The position numbers and the translations under genes were made by a program. Of a stretch of DNA of 37,881 nucleotides, positions 26,926-36,232 are shown in pieces (within the stretch, counting starts at the first letter, position 1; every line of letters begins with the position of its first letter). The DNA is from Elusimicrobiota bacterium (lineage in GTDB: Bacteria; Elusimicrobiota; Elusimicrobia; F11): contig JBJXGI010000017.1 of the NCBI GenBank assembly GCA_046153645.1, positions 1 through 37,881 of the forward strand, written 5' to 3'. Under the pieces are notes generated by a model, which was given only the letters and a program-made list of their open reading frames with translations, ran no database searches and was not told the origin of the DNA.

Positions 26926-27653
26926 TGTTCTCCTCTGTAGAAGACCATTTTAAGAAAATTGATTTAAACAGACTTCCTACGCACATTGCTATCATTATGG
27001 ATGGGAATGGTCGCTGGGCTAAGAAAAGGCATATGCCTCGGCTTTGGGGCCATCGTGCAGGGGCCAAAACCGTTCGCCGAATTGTAGAAATTGCTGGCGA
27101 AATAGGGGTACAAGTTCTCACCCTCTATGCTTTTTCAACTGAAAATTGGAGTCGCCCTTCCACTGAGATTTCAGGTCTTATGCGACTTTTGAAATCCACC
27201 CTCAAAAGTGAGTTCCCAAATCTGAATAAGAATAATGTTAGACTCGAAACGATTGGTGATATTTCACGTCTTCCAGCAGATGTTCAAGACCAGATTGCAA
27301 GAACCAAAAAAGAATTAGAGTCAAACACGGGGCTTCGTTTGGTGTTAGCTTTAAATTATGGAGGAAGACAAGATATTATTCGAGCTTTCAATACAGTTTT
27401 AAAAGAAGGGCACACCGAAGTAAATGAAGATATTATTTCTTCCTATCTCGATACAAAAAATCTTCCAGATCCTGATTTGCTTATTCGAACTTCTGGCGAA
27501 AATAGAGTTTCTAATTTTTTATTATGGCAAATTGCTTATTCTGAGTTGTACATTACACCTGTTCTCTGGCCTGATTTCGATAAGAAAGACTTTTTTCAAG
27601 CCATTATTGATTTTCAATCACGTGAACGTCGTTTCGGTGGGGTTTTAGTTTAA
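26925..27653 (+). CDS. uppS: Undecaprenyl diphosphate synthase (isoprenyl transferase)
   Basis: HIAIIMDGNGRWA, YAFSTENWSRP and DLLIRTSGENRVSNFLLWQ. Confidence 0.99.
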   Translation: MFSSVEDHFKKIDLNRLPTHIAIIMDGNGRWAKKRHMPRLWGHRAGAKTVRRIVEIAGEIGVQVLTLYAFSTENWSRPSTEISGLMRLLKSTLKSEFPNLNKNNVRLETIGDISRLPADVQDQIARTKKELESNTGLRLVLALNYGGRQDIIRAFNTVLKEGHTEVNEDIISSYLDTKNLPDPDLLIRTSGENRVSNFLLWQIAYSELYITPVLWPDFDKKDFFQAIIDFQSRERRFGGVLV

Positions 27654-28505
27654 ATGTTGCCTCGAATCATTACTGGAATTCTCATTGTCCCCTTTATTTC
27701 CATTGTGGTTTGGTATGGAAGTGTTCCTTTTTTATTGTTTGTGGCTGCTATTTGTTTACTGTCCGTTTGGGAATATTCAGTGATGGCTGATGAAGCCGGA
27801 TATCCCAACCAATTATTTCTTGGCTTATTGGGCGTGGGCCTCATCCTTTTATCTTTATACTTTGATGGGATTTCAATGGGTCGCATTCAAAAGACACCAT
27901 CTCCCTTTTTTATTCTCATTTTTTGGTGTTTTATTAGTTTCTTAAGGGAATTGATTCGCAAGGATAAAGGGCATTCCTATCTTATTTTCATTTCTACTTT
28001 GTCTGGCGTTATCCTTTTTGGTCTTTTACTAGGACATTTATTGCTTCTTCGAGACTTAAGATTTTTGGGAGGGGAAGGGGTTCAAATGGCTGGGAAAAAA
28101 ATCACTTTTTTCTTGATTATTGTTATTTGGTTGGTAGACACGGGAGCGTGGTTTGTGGGTAAATTAATGGGGAAATCGCACCTTGCGCCTGTGGTTTCTC
28201 CCAAAAAAACCTGGGAAGGTGCCATTGGTGGAACAATCATTGCCTGCTTAGCTGCTTTTATCTTTAGAGAAGCTTTTTTAAAAGTGGAAATGGCTCGAAT
28301 GGAAGCTATTTTTTATGCGATTATTATTTCTGTGACCGCGCAGTTTTCTGATCTTATTGAATCATTATTAAAGAGATCTTTTGGTGCTAAAGACTCTTCG
28401 CAAATTCTTCCTGGTCATGGTGGAATTTTAGATCGGTTTGATTCTTTTATTTTCTCTGCCCCTTTCTTCTATTATTTACTTCTTGCAACGGGACGATTTC
28501 AGTGA
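27654..28505 (+). CDS. cdsA: Phosphatidate cytidylyltransferase
   Basis: Multi-TM protein with SPKKTWEG and KDSSQILPGHGGILDRFDS. Confidence 0.98.
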   Translation: MLPRIITGILIVPFISIVVWYGSVPFLLFVAAICLLSVWEYSVMADEAGYPNQLFLGLLGVGLILLSLYFDGISMGRIQKTPSPFFILIFWCFISFLRELIRKDKGHSYLIFISTLSGVILFGLLLGHLLLLRDLRFLGGEGVQMAGKKITFFLIIVIWLVDTGAWFVGKLMGKSHLAPVVSPKKTWEGAIGGTIIACLAAFIFREAFLKVEMARMEAIFYAIIISVTAQFSDLIESLLKRSFGAKDSSQILPGHGGILDRFDSFIFSAPFFYYLLLATGRFQ

Positions 28506-29674
28506 GCAATCAACGCCAAGTTGTGGTTTTGGGTTCTACTGGAACAATTGGAAAAAATACGCTTGATGTTATTTCTAAAAATAAAAATCAATTTCAAGTT
28601 CTGGCTCTTTCTGCGCATCAAAATGTGGAGTTACTTTTAAACCAAATTAAAGAATTCATGCCTCGCATTGTTGTTATTTCTCGTGAAGTTGATGCGGTTC
28701 TTATTCGTCAAAAAACTAAAAATCTTAAAAATAAACCTGTCATTTTATTTGGATCAACCGCGATTGAAAAAGTAGCGTCGTTGAAAGAGGCTGACATTGT
28801 TATTTTGGGAATTGTTGGTGCGAAAGCATTATTGCCACTCATTGCCGCTGTTAAAGCAGGAAAACAAGTGGGATTGGCAAATAAAGAGGCTCTTATCATT
28901 GCTGGTCAAATCATTATGGATATGGCCAAAAAGTATAAGGCGAATATTATCCCTGTTGATAGTGAACACTCTGCTATTTATCAATGTTTACAAGGCGGCC
29001 AACGTGAGGACGTTGCCCGGCTTATTTTAACCGCCAGCGGAGGCCCTTTTTATCGTCAGACCAAGCGACTTCATAATATTTCTGTAAAAGAAGCATTAAA
29101 TCATCCGACTTGGAAAATGGGGGCTAAAATCACCATTGATTCATCAACATTAATGAATAAAGGGTTAGAGGCGATTGAGGCGCATTATCTTTTTGGTGTT
29201 CCGATGGATCAGATTTCTATTGTCATTCACCCTCAGTCTATCGTTCATTCATTGGTTGAGTATCATGACGGAGCGATGCTGGCTCAACTTTCAATTCCTG
29301 ATATGCGTTTACCCATTCAATACGCGTTGACTTTTCCCAATAGAATTAAAACCTCTGTTCGATCCCTAAAATTAGAAGAAGTGAAAGAACTTCATTTTGA
29401 TAAACCTGATTTTTCTCAATTTCCTTGTCTAAAGTTGGCTTTAGACGCAGGAAAACGGGGGGGAACCACTCCCGCCGCGTTATCCGCCAGCAATGAGGAA
29501 GCTGTTCATTCATTTATTCAGGGGAAAATTAGATTCACGGAAATTTCAAATATAGTGGGAAAAGTTCTCAAAAAACATAAAATGACAGTGACTCCCAATT
29601 TGCAAGATGTTTTAGATACAGATCAGTGGGCGAGAAATGAAGCCCAAAAAATTATTCAATCATTGAGGAATTAA
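28502..29674 (+). CDS. dxr: 1-deoxy-D-xylulose-5-phosphate reductoisomerase
   Basis: LGSTGTIG, LANKE, PVDSEH, LTASGGPF, HPTWKMG and MNKGLE. Confidence 0.99.
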   Translation: MSNQRQVVVLGSTGTIGKNTLDVISKNKNQFQVLALSAHQNVELLLNQIKEFMPRIVVISREVDAVLIRQKTKNLKNKPVILFGSTAIEKVASLKEADIVILGIVGAKALLPLIAAVKAGKQVGLANKEALIIAGQIIMDMAKKYKANIIPVDSEHSAIYQCLQGGQREDVARLILTASGGPFYRQTKRLHNISVKEALNHPTWKMGAKITIDSSTLMNKGLEAIEAHYLFGVPMDQISIVIHPQSIVHSLVEYHDGAMLAQLSIPDMRLPIQYALTFPNRIKTSVRSLKLEEVKELHFDKPDFSQFPCLKLALDAGKRGGTTPAALSASNEEAVHSFIQGKIRFTEISNIVGKVLKKHKMTVTPNLQDVLDTDQWARNEAQKIIQSLRN

Positions 29675-29675
29675 A

Positions 29676-30791
29676 ATGGCATATGTGATTTCATTTTTAG
29701 GCGTGGTTTTTGCTTTTGGTTTGGTGATTTTTGTTCATGAATTTGGACATTTTATTGTCGCTAAAAAATCAGGTGTTAAAGTAGAGCGATTTTCTTTTGG
29801 TCTCGGGCCAGAGATGTTTGGTTTTCAGTGGGGAGAAACCAAGTACTGTGTTGCCTGGCTTCCTTTGGGTGGCGAAGTGAGAATGGCAGGTGAATTTGGT
29901 GAAGAAGAAAAAGTAGAGGATCCTCCCCGTGATAAGTCTCGGGATTTTTTCTCCCAACCATGGTACAGGCGAATAGCCATTGCCTTTGCGGGGCCCTTTA
30001 TGAACTATATATTGGCCATTATCATTTTTTTTGGAATTTTGTTTATTAATGGGGAACCCAATCAAACGAATAAGACTCAAATTGGTGAAATCCTTGCTGG
30101 AATGCCCGCAGATTTAGCCGGAGTTAAAACAGGGGACACCATTCTCAAGGTTCAAGGAGAAGCTGTTGTTGATTTCTTTGACATGGCGCAAAAAATTCAA
30201 GCTCGTCCCAATCAGCAAACTGACCTTTTGATTTTCAGAGATAACCAGGAATTAACACTGAGTGTCACCCCAAAAGCTGATGAAGGACAAAAAACGGGAC
30301 TCATTGGAATTCGTCCTGCAGATCCTATTTATGAGAGAAAAAAAATAGGAGTGGTTCAATCCTTAACACTTTCTCTCAGGCAGTGTTGGACGATTAGTTC
30401 TACAACTGTTTATTATTTATGGAAGAAAATTTCCGAAAGAGAGAAACCTGATTTAGCCGGTCCTTTGGGAATCACACAGGTTATTGTTAAGGCTGTAAAG
30501 TCAGGTTGGGAAGATTTTTTTGGGCTTATCGGAATGATTTCGGTGGCTATTGGACTCTTTAACTTATTTCCTATTCCCATGTTAGATGGAGGTCATGTTG
30601 TGTATTACGTGATCGAAGGCATTCGTGGGAAACCCGTGAGTCAAAAAATAATGGGTAAGGCCAATATGGTGGGGATGGCTCTCTTACTGAGTCTTTTGGT
30701 TTTTGCCACTCTTAACGATGTCCAACGATTTAGAGGCAGTAAAAAAGCTCCTGAAACTGAGTCCTCAAGTTCTAAGAAAATTCAAGAATAA
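29676..30791 (+). CDS. rseP: RIP metalloprotease RseP
   Basis: HEFGH, a PDZ segment and NLFPIPMLDGG. Confidence 0.97.
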   Translation: MAYVISFLGVVFAFGLVIFVHEFGHFIVAKKSGVKVERFSFGLGPEMFGFQWGETKYCVAWLPLGGEVRMAGEFGEEEKVEDPPRDKSRDFFSQPWYRRIAIAFAGPFMNYILAIIIFFGILFINGEPNQTNKTQIGEILAGMPADLAGVKTGDTILKVQGEAVVDFFDMAQKIQARPNQQTDLLIFRDNQELTLSVTPKADEGQKTGLIGIRPADPIYERKKIGVVQSLTLSLRQCWTISSTTVYYLWKKISEREKPDLAGPLGITQVIVKAVKSGWEDFFGLIGMISVAIGLFNLFPIPMLDGGHVVYYVIEGIRGKPVSQKIMGKANMVGMALLLSLLVFATLNDVQRFRGSKKAPETESSSSKKIQE

Positions 30792-32497
30792 TGAAATTTT
30801 CTCGTTATTTCATTCCCACATTAAAAGAAAATCCAAGCGACGCTGATAATATTAGCGCGAAGCTTATGCTCCGCTCTGGTATGATTCGTAAGGTCGGAGC
30901 TGGGATTTATGAGTGGCTTCCGTTAGGATATAAAGTTCTAAAAAAAGTGGAACAAATTGTCCGAGAAGAAATGGATGCTGCTGGTGCTTTTGAAGTTTGG
31001 CTCCCACATGTTCAGCCCTCAGAACTCTGGCAAGAGAGTGGCCGCTGGCAATATTATGGAAAAGAACTCTTAAGGTTTAAAGATCGAAAAAATAATGAGT
31101 TTTGTTTTGCCCCAACCGCTGAAGAAATGATTACCGATTTAGCCCGCCGTGAAATTAAAAGTTACAGAGATTTGCCTGTTAACTTTTATCAGTTTGGAAC
31201 CAAATTTAGAGATGAAATTCGCCCTCGATTTGGAATCATGAGAGCGCGTGAGTTCCTTATGAAAGACGCCTATTCATTTCATGCTTCTGATGAAGATTTG
31301 GATACAACCTACAATATCATGGTAGAAGCCTATACTCGAATTTTTACTCGCTTGGGTCTTAAATTTAGACCTGTGGAAGCTGATACAGGATCCATTGGGG
31401 GAAGTTCCTCTCACGAATTTATGGTGCTGGCAGATACTGGTGAAGAGCAAATCGCTTCGTGCTCAAAATGTGGTTATGCGGCCAATATTGAACGAGCTGA
31501 AACCAAACCCGGAATCTTCCCTGAAGAAGCACTGAAAAATTTGGAAGAAGTTCATACTCCGAATGCGCACAAGGTCGTCGATGTTGCTAAAACACTTGGC
31601 ATAGGGGCAGAAAAAATAATTAAAACTGTATTTATGATTGCCGATAGTGAACCTGTTGTCGCGTTGGTAAGAGGGGACCACGAATTAAACGAACATAAAT
31701 TTCAAAGACTTTTGGGAGCAAAACTTCTGCGCTCTGCCAAAGACGAAGAATACCGAGAAATAGCCGGGTGTGATGTTGGTTTTGCAGGCCCGATGAATTT
31801 AAAAGCCAAATTGGTGGCTGATCTAGATGTAATGGCGCTTTTTAATGCTGTTTCTGGCGCCGGTAAAAAAGATTTTCATATAAAAAATGTGAACCCCAGG
31901 AGAGATTTTAAGCCTGATATGGTAGGGGACATTCACAATATTAAGCCCAATGACCCTTGTCCGAAATGTAATGAGCCAGTGGTGTTTTATCGAGGCATTG
32001 AAGTTGGTCATGTGTTTAAGCTTGGAATAAAATATTCCAAAGCCATGAAAGCGGAATTTTTAGATGAAAAGGGCCAAAGTTATCCGATGATTATGGGATG
32101 TTATGGAATTGGTGTTTCACGTATTGTGGCGGCTGCTATTGAACAAAATTATGACGAGTGGGGGATCAAATGGCCATTTCCGATTGCCCCATTTGAAGTT
32201 ATTGTTTCTCCGACCAATGTGACTGATGAAAATCTAAAAAAAGCGTCTGAGAAAATTTATTTGGATCTTCAAAAAAATGGTATTCAAGTGTTATTAGATG
32301 ATCGCGATGTCCGGGCGGGTTTTAAATTTAAAGATGCGGATTTAATTGGAATTCCTTTGCGAATAACGATTGGTGAAAAATCCTTTGCCAAAGGAATGGT
32401 TGAATTTAAGTTGAGGACTGAACCTAAAGCCGAAGAAGTAGAATTCGACAAAATTATTGAAAAGGTTATAACCACAGTTAAACTTAATCGTCGATAG
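30791..32497 (+). CDS. proS: Proline--tRNA ligase (bacterial type with editing insertion)
   Basis: PTAEE, FRDEIRPRFG, REFLMKDAYSF and MGCYGIGVSR; 568 aa. Confidence 0.99.
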   Translation: MKFSRYFIPTLKENPSDADNISAKLMLRSGMIRKVGAGIYEWLPLGYKVLKKVEQIVREEMDAAGAFEVWLPHVQPSELWQESGRWQYYGKELLRFKDRKNNEFCFAPTAEEMITDLARREIKSYRDLPVNFYQFGTKFRDEIRPRFGIMRAREFLMKDAYSFHASDEDLDTTYNIMVEAYTRIFTRLGLKFRPVEADTGSIGGSSSHEFMVLADTGEEQIASCSKCGYAANIERAETKPGIFPEEALKNLEEVHTPNAHKVVDVAKTLGIGAEKIIKTVFMIADSEPVVALVRGDHELNEHKFQRLLGAKLLRSAKDEEYREIAGCDVGFAGPMNLKAKLVADLDVMALFNAVSGAGKKDFHIKNVNPRRDFKPDMVGDIHNIKPNDPCPKCNEPVVFYRGIEVGHVFKLGIKYSKAMKAEFLDEKGQSYPMIMGCYGIGVSRIVAAAIEQNYDEWGIKWPFPIAPFEVIVSPTNVTDENLKKASEKIYLDLQKNGIQVLLDDRDVRAGFKFKDADLIGIPLRITIGEKSFAKGMVEFKLRTEPKAEEVEFDKIIEKVITTVKLNRR

Positions 32498-32675
32498 GTG
32501 GAAGATCATCATCCTAAAATATTTTTTCCTTTTTTCCTTACTTTTATCCTCCCCGATTTTTTCCCAAAATAAGCCAACTCGGTCCGATTGGAAATTAAAT
32601 GATCAATACGAGGGGAAATACCCGCAAGTTTTTAATAGGTTAAGGTGGGAGATTCCCATTTTTTTTCGCCAAAAT

Positions 32676-33314
32676 ATGATTGATGCCTCTGTTCGTATGG
32701 GCCTTGATTTTGAAGAGGGTTGGATTTACCCACTTACCATTCAGTTTGTTGATTCCGCTCCTAGCGGTATTGAAAACGCACTTGCTTACGTTCAATTAAG
32801 AGAGAATTCTCAGGGAATTTATCAATCACTCAATATCAATCTAGCGCTTTTCCAAAAAGACGATGTGAATTTCCGAGGAGTTTTAGGGCATGAGCTTGTT
32901 CATGCCATGTTGAATGATGCAGTAGGGGCGCAAGCGAGTTCTCTTTTGCCTTTATGGTTCCATGAAGGTCTGGCGGTTTATGGTGGGAATCAAGGGGAGG
33001 AAATGTTTTTACGATTCCTTTCTAGTGTTGATGAAAAAGAGGCCACTCGTATTTTGGATGGTCTTGATGAATTTCATTCCGCTACCGATTATTTAGAAAG
33101 TTATTTGGCGTTTCATTATATTTATGAGAGAAAAGGGATTAGTTCCCTCCGAAATTTTGTCAAAGAGGTAGTCAAGAGGAAGGGAGATATTTCTGGGGCC
33201 CTTAGTTATACCTGTTTTGAGTCATGGGACGATTTTCAGAAAAATACCAAAGAATATTCTTTAGAAAAGTTCAGAGGGTTTTATAGAGAAAAGGATCGGT
33301 CGTTACGAAGATAA
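32676..33314 (+). CDS. Gluzincin (peptidase MA-like) zinc metallopeptidase; start uncertain
   Basis: GHELVH followed by PLWFHEGLA. The frame stays open upstream to 32472. Confidence 0.75.
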   Translation: MIDASVRMGLDFEEGWIYPLTIQFVDSAPSGIENALAYVQLRENSQGIYQSLNINLALFQKDDVNFRGVLGHELVHAMLNDAVGAQASSLLPLWFHEGLAVYGGNQGEEMFLRFLSSVDEKEATRILDGLDEFHSATDYLESYLAFHYIYERKGISSLRNFVKEVVKRKGDISGALSYTCFESWDDFQKNTKEYSLEKFRGFYREKDRSLRR

Positions 33315-33321
33315 ATGGCAT

Positions 33322-33378
33322 AAAAAAAACGTCATCCCCGAGCTGATTGACTTTGATAACTTTAAGTCGGAGATGACG
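33322..33378 (-). terminator. Probable intrinsic terminator for the minus-strand gene (long loop)
   Basis: On the minus strand, CGTCATCTCCGA-N25-TCGGGGATGACG forms a 12-bp stem with one G-U pair, followed by T8. It lies between convergent genes. Confidence 0.7.
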
Positions 33379-33387
33379 CTTTAGTGG

Positions 33388-34011
33388 TTAAATAGTTTTT
33401 CCGACGTTTTTAGATGCTTTATATGCAGCTGAAACCGCAAGCATTGCTATAGAAATAACAATAAGCATAGATAGAAAGCTTGCTGACCCATAATGGGGAG
33501 CAGCCAACATTCCAAAAAGCATGGGACCAGACAAGAAGGTGTTAATTCGTGAGAATTTAGCGGCCTTGGTTCTTAACGCTGGAAGCTGATCAGCAGGAGC
33601 TTTCCCACCCAAAATAAGTTTTTGTGTTGGCCAAATAATAAACCACACATTAAACCACATAATAGATCCAAGAGTCATGCCCATCAAAATCCATATGGCC
33701 CGACCTGTAATTCCTTCATAGGAGCTAAATGTATTGGAAGGCCCAAACCCAACGCCAGGGGTATACATATAGATCATTGTGAAGAGAATAAGTCCTGAAA
33801 TAAAAGTAGACATGGCACCCCATCTAAACCACCAAAGAGCTCTGGGCATTAATTGTGGGTTAACTGCTTTTTTAGTGACGTCGTCAATAGAGGCTTGCAA
33901 TTGAAGATTTACGAAATTAAAGAAGTAGAGATGCCCAACCCAAACGATACCAGAGATAACATGGATCCATCGAAATAGTAAGTTAAAATTTGAAAATAAA
34001 TCAGACAACAT
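33388..34011 (-). CDS. PuuD / urate-oxidase-N-like integral membrane protein (no cytochrome c domain)
   Basis: The start is re-called to ATG 34011, which has an AGGAGG SD. Motifs FRWIHVISGIVWVG, ALWWFRWGAM, IMWFNVWFIIWPTQK and SRINT. 207 aa with no CxxCH. Confidence 0.7.
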   Translation of the reverse strand: MLSDLFSNFNLLFRWIHVISGIVWVGHLYFFNFVNLQLQASIDDVTKKAVNPQLMPRALWWFRWGAMSTFISGLILFTMIYMYTPGVGFGPSNTFSSYEGITGRAIWILMGMTLGSIMWFNVWFIIWPTQKLILGGKAPADQLPALRTKAAKFSRINTFLSGPMLFGMLAAPHYGSASFLSMLIVISIAMLAVSAAYKASKNVGKTI

Positions 34012-34069
34012 GGTTAATCCTCCTAAAAACAATTTATCGGAAATTAGCAAATATCGCTTACTGAGGAAA

Positions 34070-34543
34070 CTACGATTTCTTGCGTTTTTTAACCACTGAG
34101 GGTGGGGCAGGAGTATCTTTCCATTCGGGGACTGCTTTAACGTTGTATTTGCCAACATCAATGAACTTTTCGATATGATTTTTGTCTTTATAAGAAATTT
34201 TTCTAAGGACATTGAGAGTAAATAATTGACGATCTCCTGGGTTTAAAGTGGGTGTTTCTATCTTTTGATAGAAAAAAGTTCGGGGACGAGTATTTTTCAT
34301 TCCTCCAATTTCTATTCTTAGGCGAGTTTGATAAGCAGGTTGAAGACCTTTATTGTAGAGAATGCCTTCAAAACAAACTTTATCATCATCGCAATTGTCT
34401 ATCACTGTGAAATCTTCAGTTATAACTTCAGCGCTGAGAGAAGGTCGACTGGGTGTTTTTTTCATTTGGAGATTGGGATCTAGAGCAAAACCATGGCTGG
34501 GCAGAAAGAATAATCCCCATAAAATTAGTATTGTTTTATTCAT
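34070..34543 (-). CDS. Hypothetical exported protein
   Basis: The signal-peptide-like MNKTILILWGLFFLPSHGFA starts at ATG 34543. Beta-rich body with a basic tail. Confidence 0.65.
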   Translation of the reverse strand: MNKTILILWGLFFLPSHGFALDPNLQMKKTPSRPSLSAEVITEDFTVIDNCDDDKVCFEGILYNKGLQPAYQTRLRIEIGGMKNTRPRTFFYQKIETPTLNPGDRQLFTLNVLRKISYKDKNHIEKFIDVGKYNVKAVPEWKDTPAPPSVVKKRKKS

Positions 34544-34566
34544 GAACTGAAATGGAGACAAAAAAT

Positions 34567-34995
34567 ATGATTTTTAAAAAAACATTGATCTTTCTTTTGA
34601 GCATGCTGGTTGTTTTACCTCTTTTTCCCGCTAAAAACGACCCCCCTATTTGTCCGGACCCAAATGTAACTGAGTCTTTTTCAAAAATAACGGCCTATAG
34701 TTGTGCTCCGGTTCCAAAAGAAGTGAGTAACGAAACTCAGGCGAGAGCAATTTCCCGAGAAGCTTCTGTGTCATTGGGGCAAGAAGCAATTTTAAAAAAG
34801 ATTCTTTCTAAAAAGACGCATTCAGGAAAAACCCTGGCCGAAGCGGAGGTTCCCTCCTTAGATCTTCAAAAAAAAGTGAGAGACACAATAAAGGGATCAA
34901 TTGTCAAAAAAACTCAATGGAAAGACGGTCTTTGTTGGACTTTAATTGAATTGCCGAAATCTCGTGTCAAAACCCTTCTCAAAAAAAATAAATAG
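34567..34995 (+). CDS. Hypothetical exported protein, LPP20/FlgP-like pattern
   Basis: GGAG precedes ATG 34567 (ATG 34552 is an alternative). Signal peptide MIFKKTLIFLLSMLVVLPLFP. The SGKTLAE...VRDTIKGSIV segment resembles the LPP20/FlgP family by eye. Confidence 0.6.
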   Translation: MIFKKTLIFLLSMLVVLPLFPAKNDPPICPDPNVTESFSKITAYSCAPVPKEVSNETQARAISREASVSLGQEAILKKILSKKTHSGKTLAEAEVPSLDLQKKVRDTIKGSIVKKTQWKDGLCWTLIELPKSRVKTLLKKNK

Positions 34996-35014
34996 AAATG
35001 TTAATCTGGGGAAA

Positions 35015-35635
35015 TTAAAATGGCCAGAGGATGTGGGGGAGAGAGTCAAATTTCCCAGACAAAATCATTTCTTTAATAAACTCAATTCCCTCAACGACTA
35101 GAATTAACCAAACAAACCACATCGATTCGGTGATTGTCGGAAAAATTCTTTTTTGTTCCACTAAAATTGAGTTACCATTTTTAAAAAGTTTTGGATTGAT
35201 CCAGAAACAAGGGGTGGTGGTTAAATATTTTTTAAAGGAATCTCCAAAAATACCAAGAAGAATTTTTTCCTCAGATTTGATAACAAAAGAATAATAAGTT
35301 AAAAATACAATCCCAACCAACAGGCTTAAAGAAACATTTTGTGTCGCCAGCGGGACTCCCATTGCACCTAAAAAAGAGAAAAAATAGAGAGGGTTTCTGC
35401 AGAGCGAATAAGGCCCTTCAACACAAAGTTCTTTGTTCTTTCTTCCTGCAATATATATTCCACACCAAGTTCTACCGATGGTGGCTATAATCATCAATAT
35501 AAATCCCGTAAATTCAATTGATTCCAAAATGACGAGATTTGTTATCGCTGTGGTAGAAAATATAAGTAGATAAATGAGCGTCGCTGCAAACAACCAAGTA
35601 ATGAATATTCTTTTTCTCACCAACCAGGTCATCAA
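35015..35635 (-). CDS. Isoprenylcysteine carboxyl methyltransferase / PEMT-family membrane protein
   Basis: Multi-TM protein with GPYSLCRNPLY and EEKILLGIFGDSFKKY. Confidence 0.88.
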   Translation of the reverse strand: MMTWLVRKRIFITWLFAATLIYLLIFSTTAITNLVILESIEFTGFILMIIATIGRTWCGIYIAGRKNKELCVEGPYSLCRNPLYFFSFLGAMGVPLATQNVSLSLLVGIVFLTYYSFVIKSEEKILLGIFGDSFKKYLTTTPCFWINPKLFKNGNSILVEQKRIFPTITESMWFVWLILVVEGIEFIKEMILSGKFDSLPHILWPF

Positions 35636-36232
35636 TTAGTAAATGATATGAGACTTTTCATATGAAGATATTTTATCTTCATATTGAAGAGTGAGTCCTA
35701 TATCATCTAATCCATGAAGGAGGCAGAACTTTCGGAAGTCGTTAACTTCGAATTTATAGGTTTTTCCAGTCGAACTAACAATTGTTTGAGCTTCTAAATT
35801 AACTGAGAATGACGCGCCTTCTTTATTTTTAACTTCCTGAAAAAGTTCTTCGACTTCGATATTTTTCAGAACAATTGGCAGAATTCCATTTTTAAAACAA
35901 TTGTTATAAAAAATGTCGGCAAAAGAGGGTGCAATAATGCATTTGAAACCATATTCTAATATGGCCCAAGGGGCATGTTCGCGCGAACTTCCGCATCCAA
36001 AATTATCCCGAGTTAAAAGAATAGAAGCTCCTTTATAACGAGGTTTGTTTAATTCGAATTCTGGATTTGGCGTTTTCCCGTCGTTAAGAAATCTCCAATC
36101 GAAAAAAAGAAACTCACCAAAACCGGTTCTTTCAACACGTTTTAAAAACTGTTTGGGAATAATTTGATCGGTGTCGACATGTTGAGCATCAAGTAAGGCA
36201 ACTACTCCGGTTAATTTGTTAAACGATTCCAT
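35636..36232 (-). CDS. leuD: 3-isopropylmalate dehydratase small subunit
   Basis: [23 protein letters not shown] and SFADIFYNN. Confidence 0.99.
   Translation of the reverse strand: MESFNKLTGVVALLDAQHVDTDQIIPKQFLKRVERTGFGEFLFFDWRFLNDGKTPNPEFELNKPRYKGASILLTRDNFGCGSSREHAPWAILEYGFKCIIAPSFADIFYNNCFKNGILPIVLKNIEVEELFQEVKNKEGASFSVNLEAQTIVSSTGKTYKFEVNDFRKFCLLHGLDDIGLTLQYEDKISSYEKSHIIY

Noticed and set aside
23945..32497. rpsB-proS cluster as a novelty
   Set aside because: This is a widely conserved housekeeping gene order with canonical motifs.
34012..34212. 67-aa N-terminal extension of the PuuD-like ORF
   Set aside because: It overlaps the neighbouring gene, and the AGGAGG SD supports ATG 34011.
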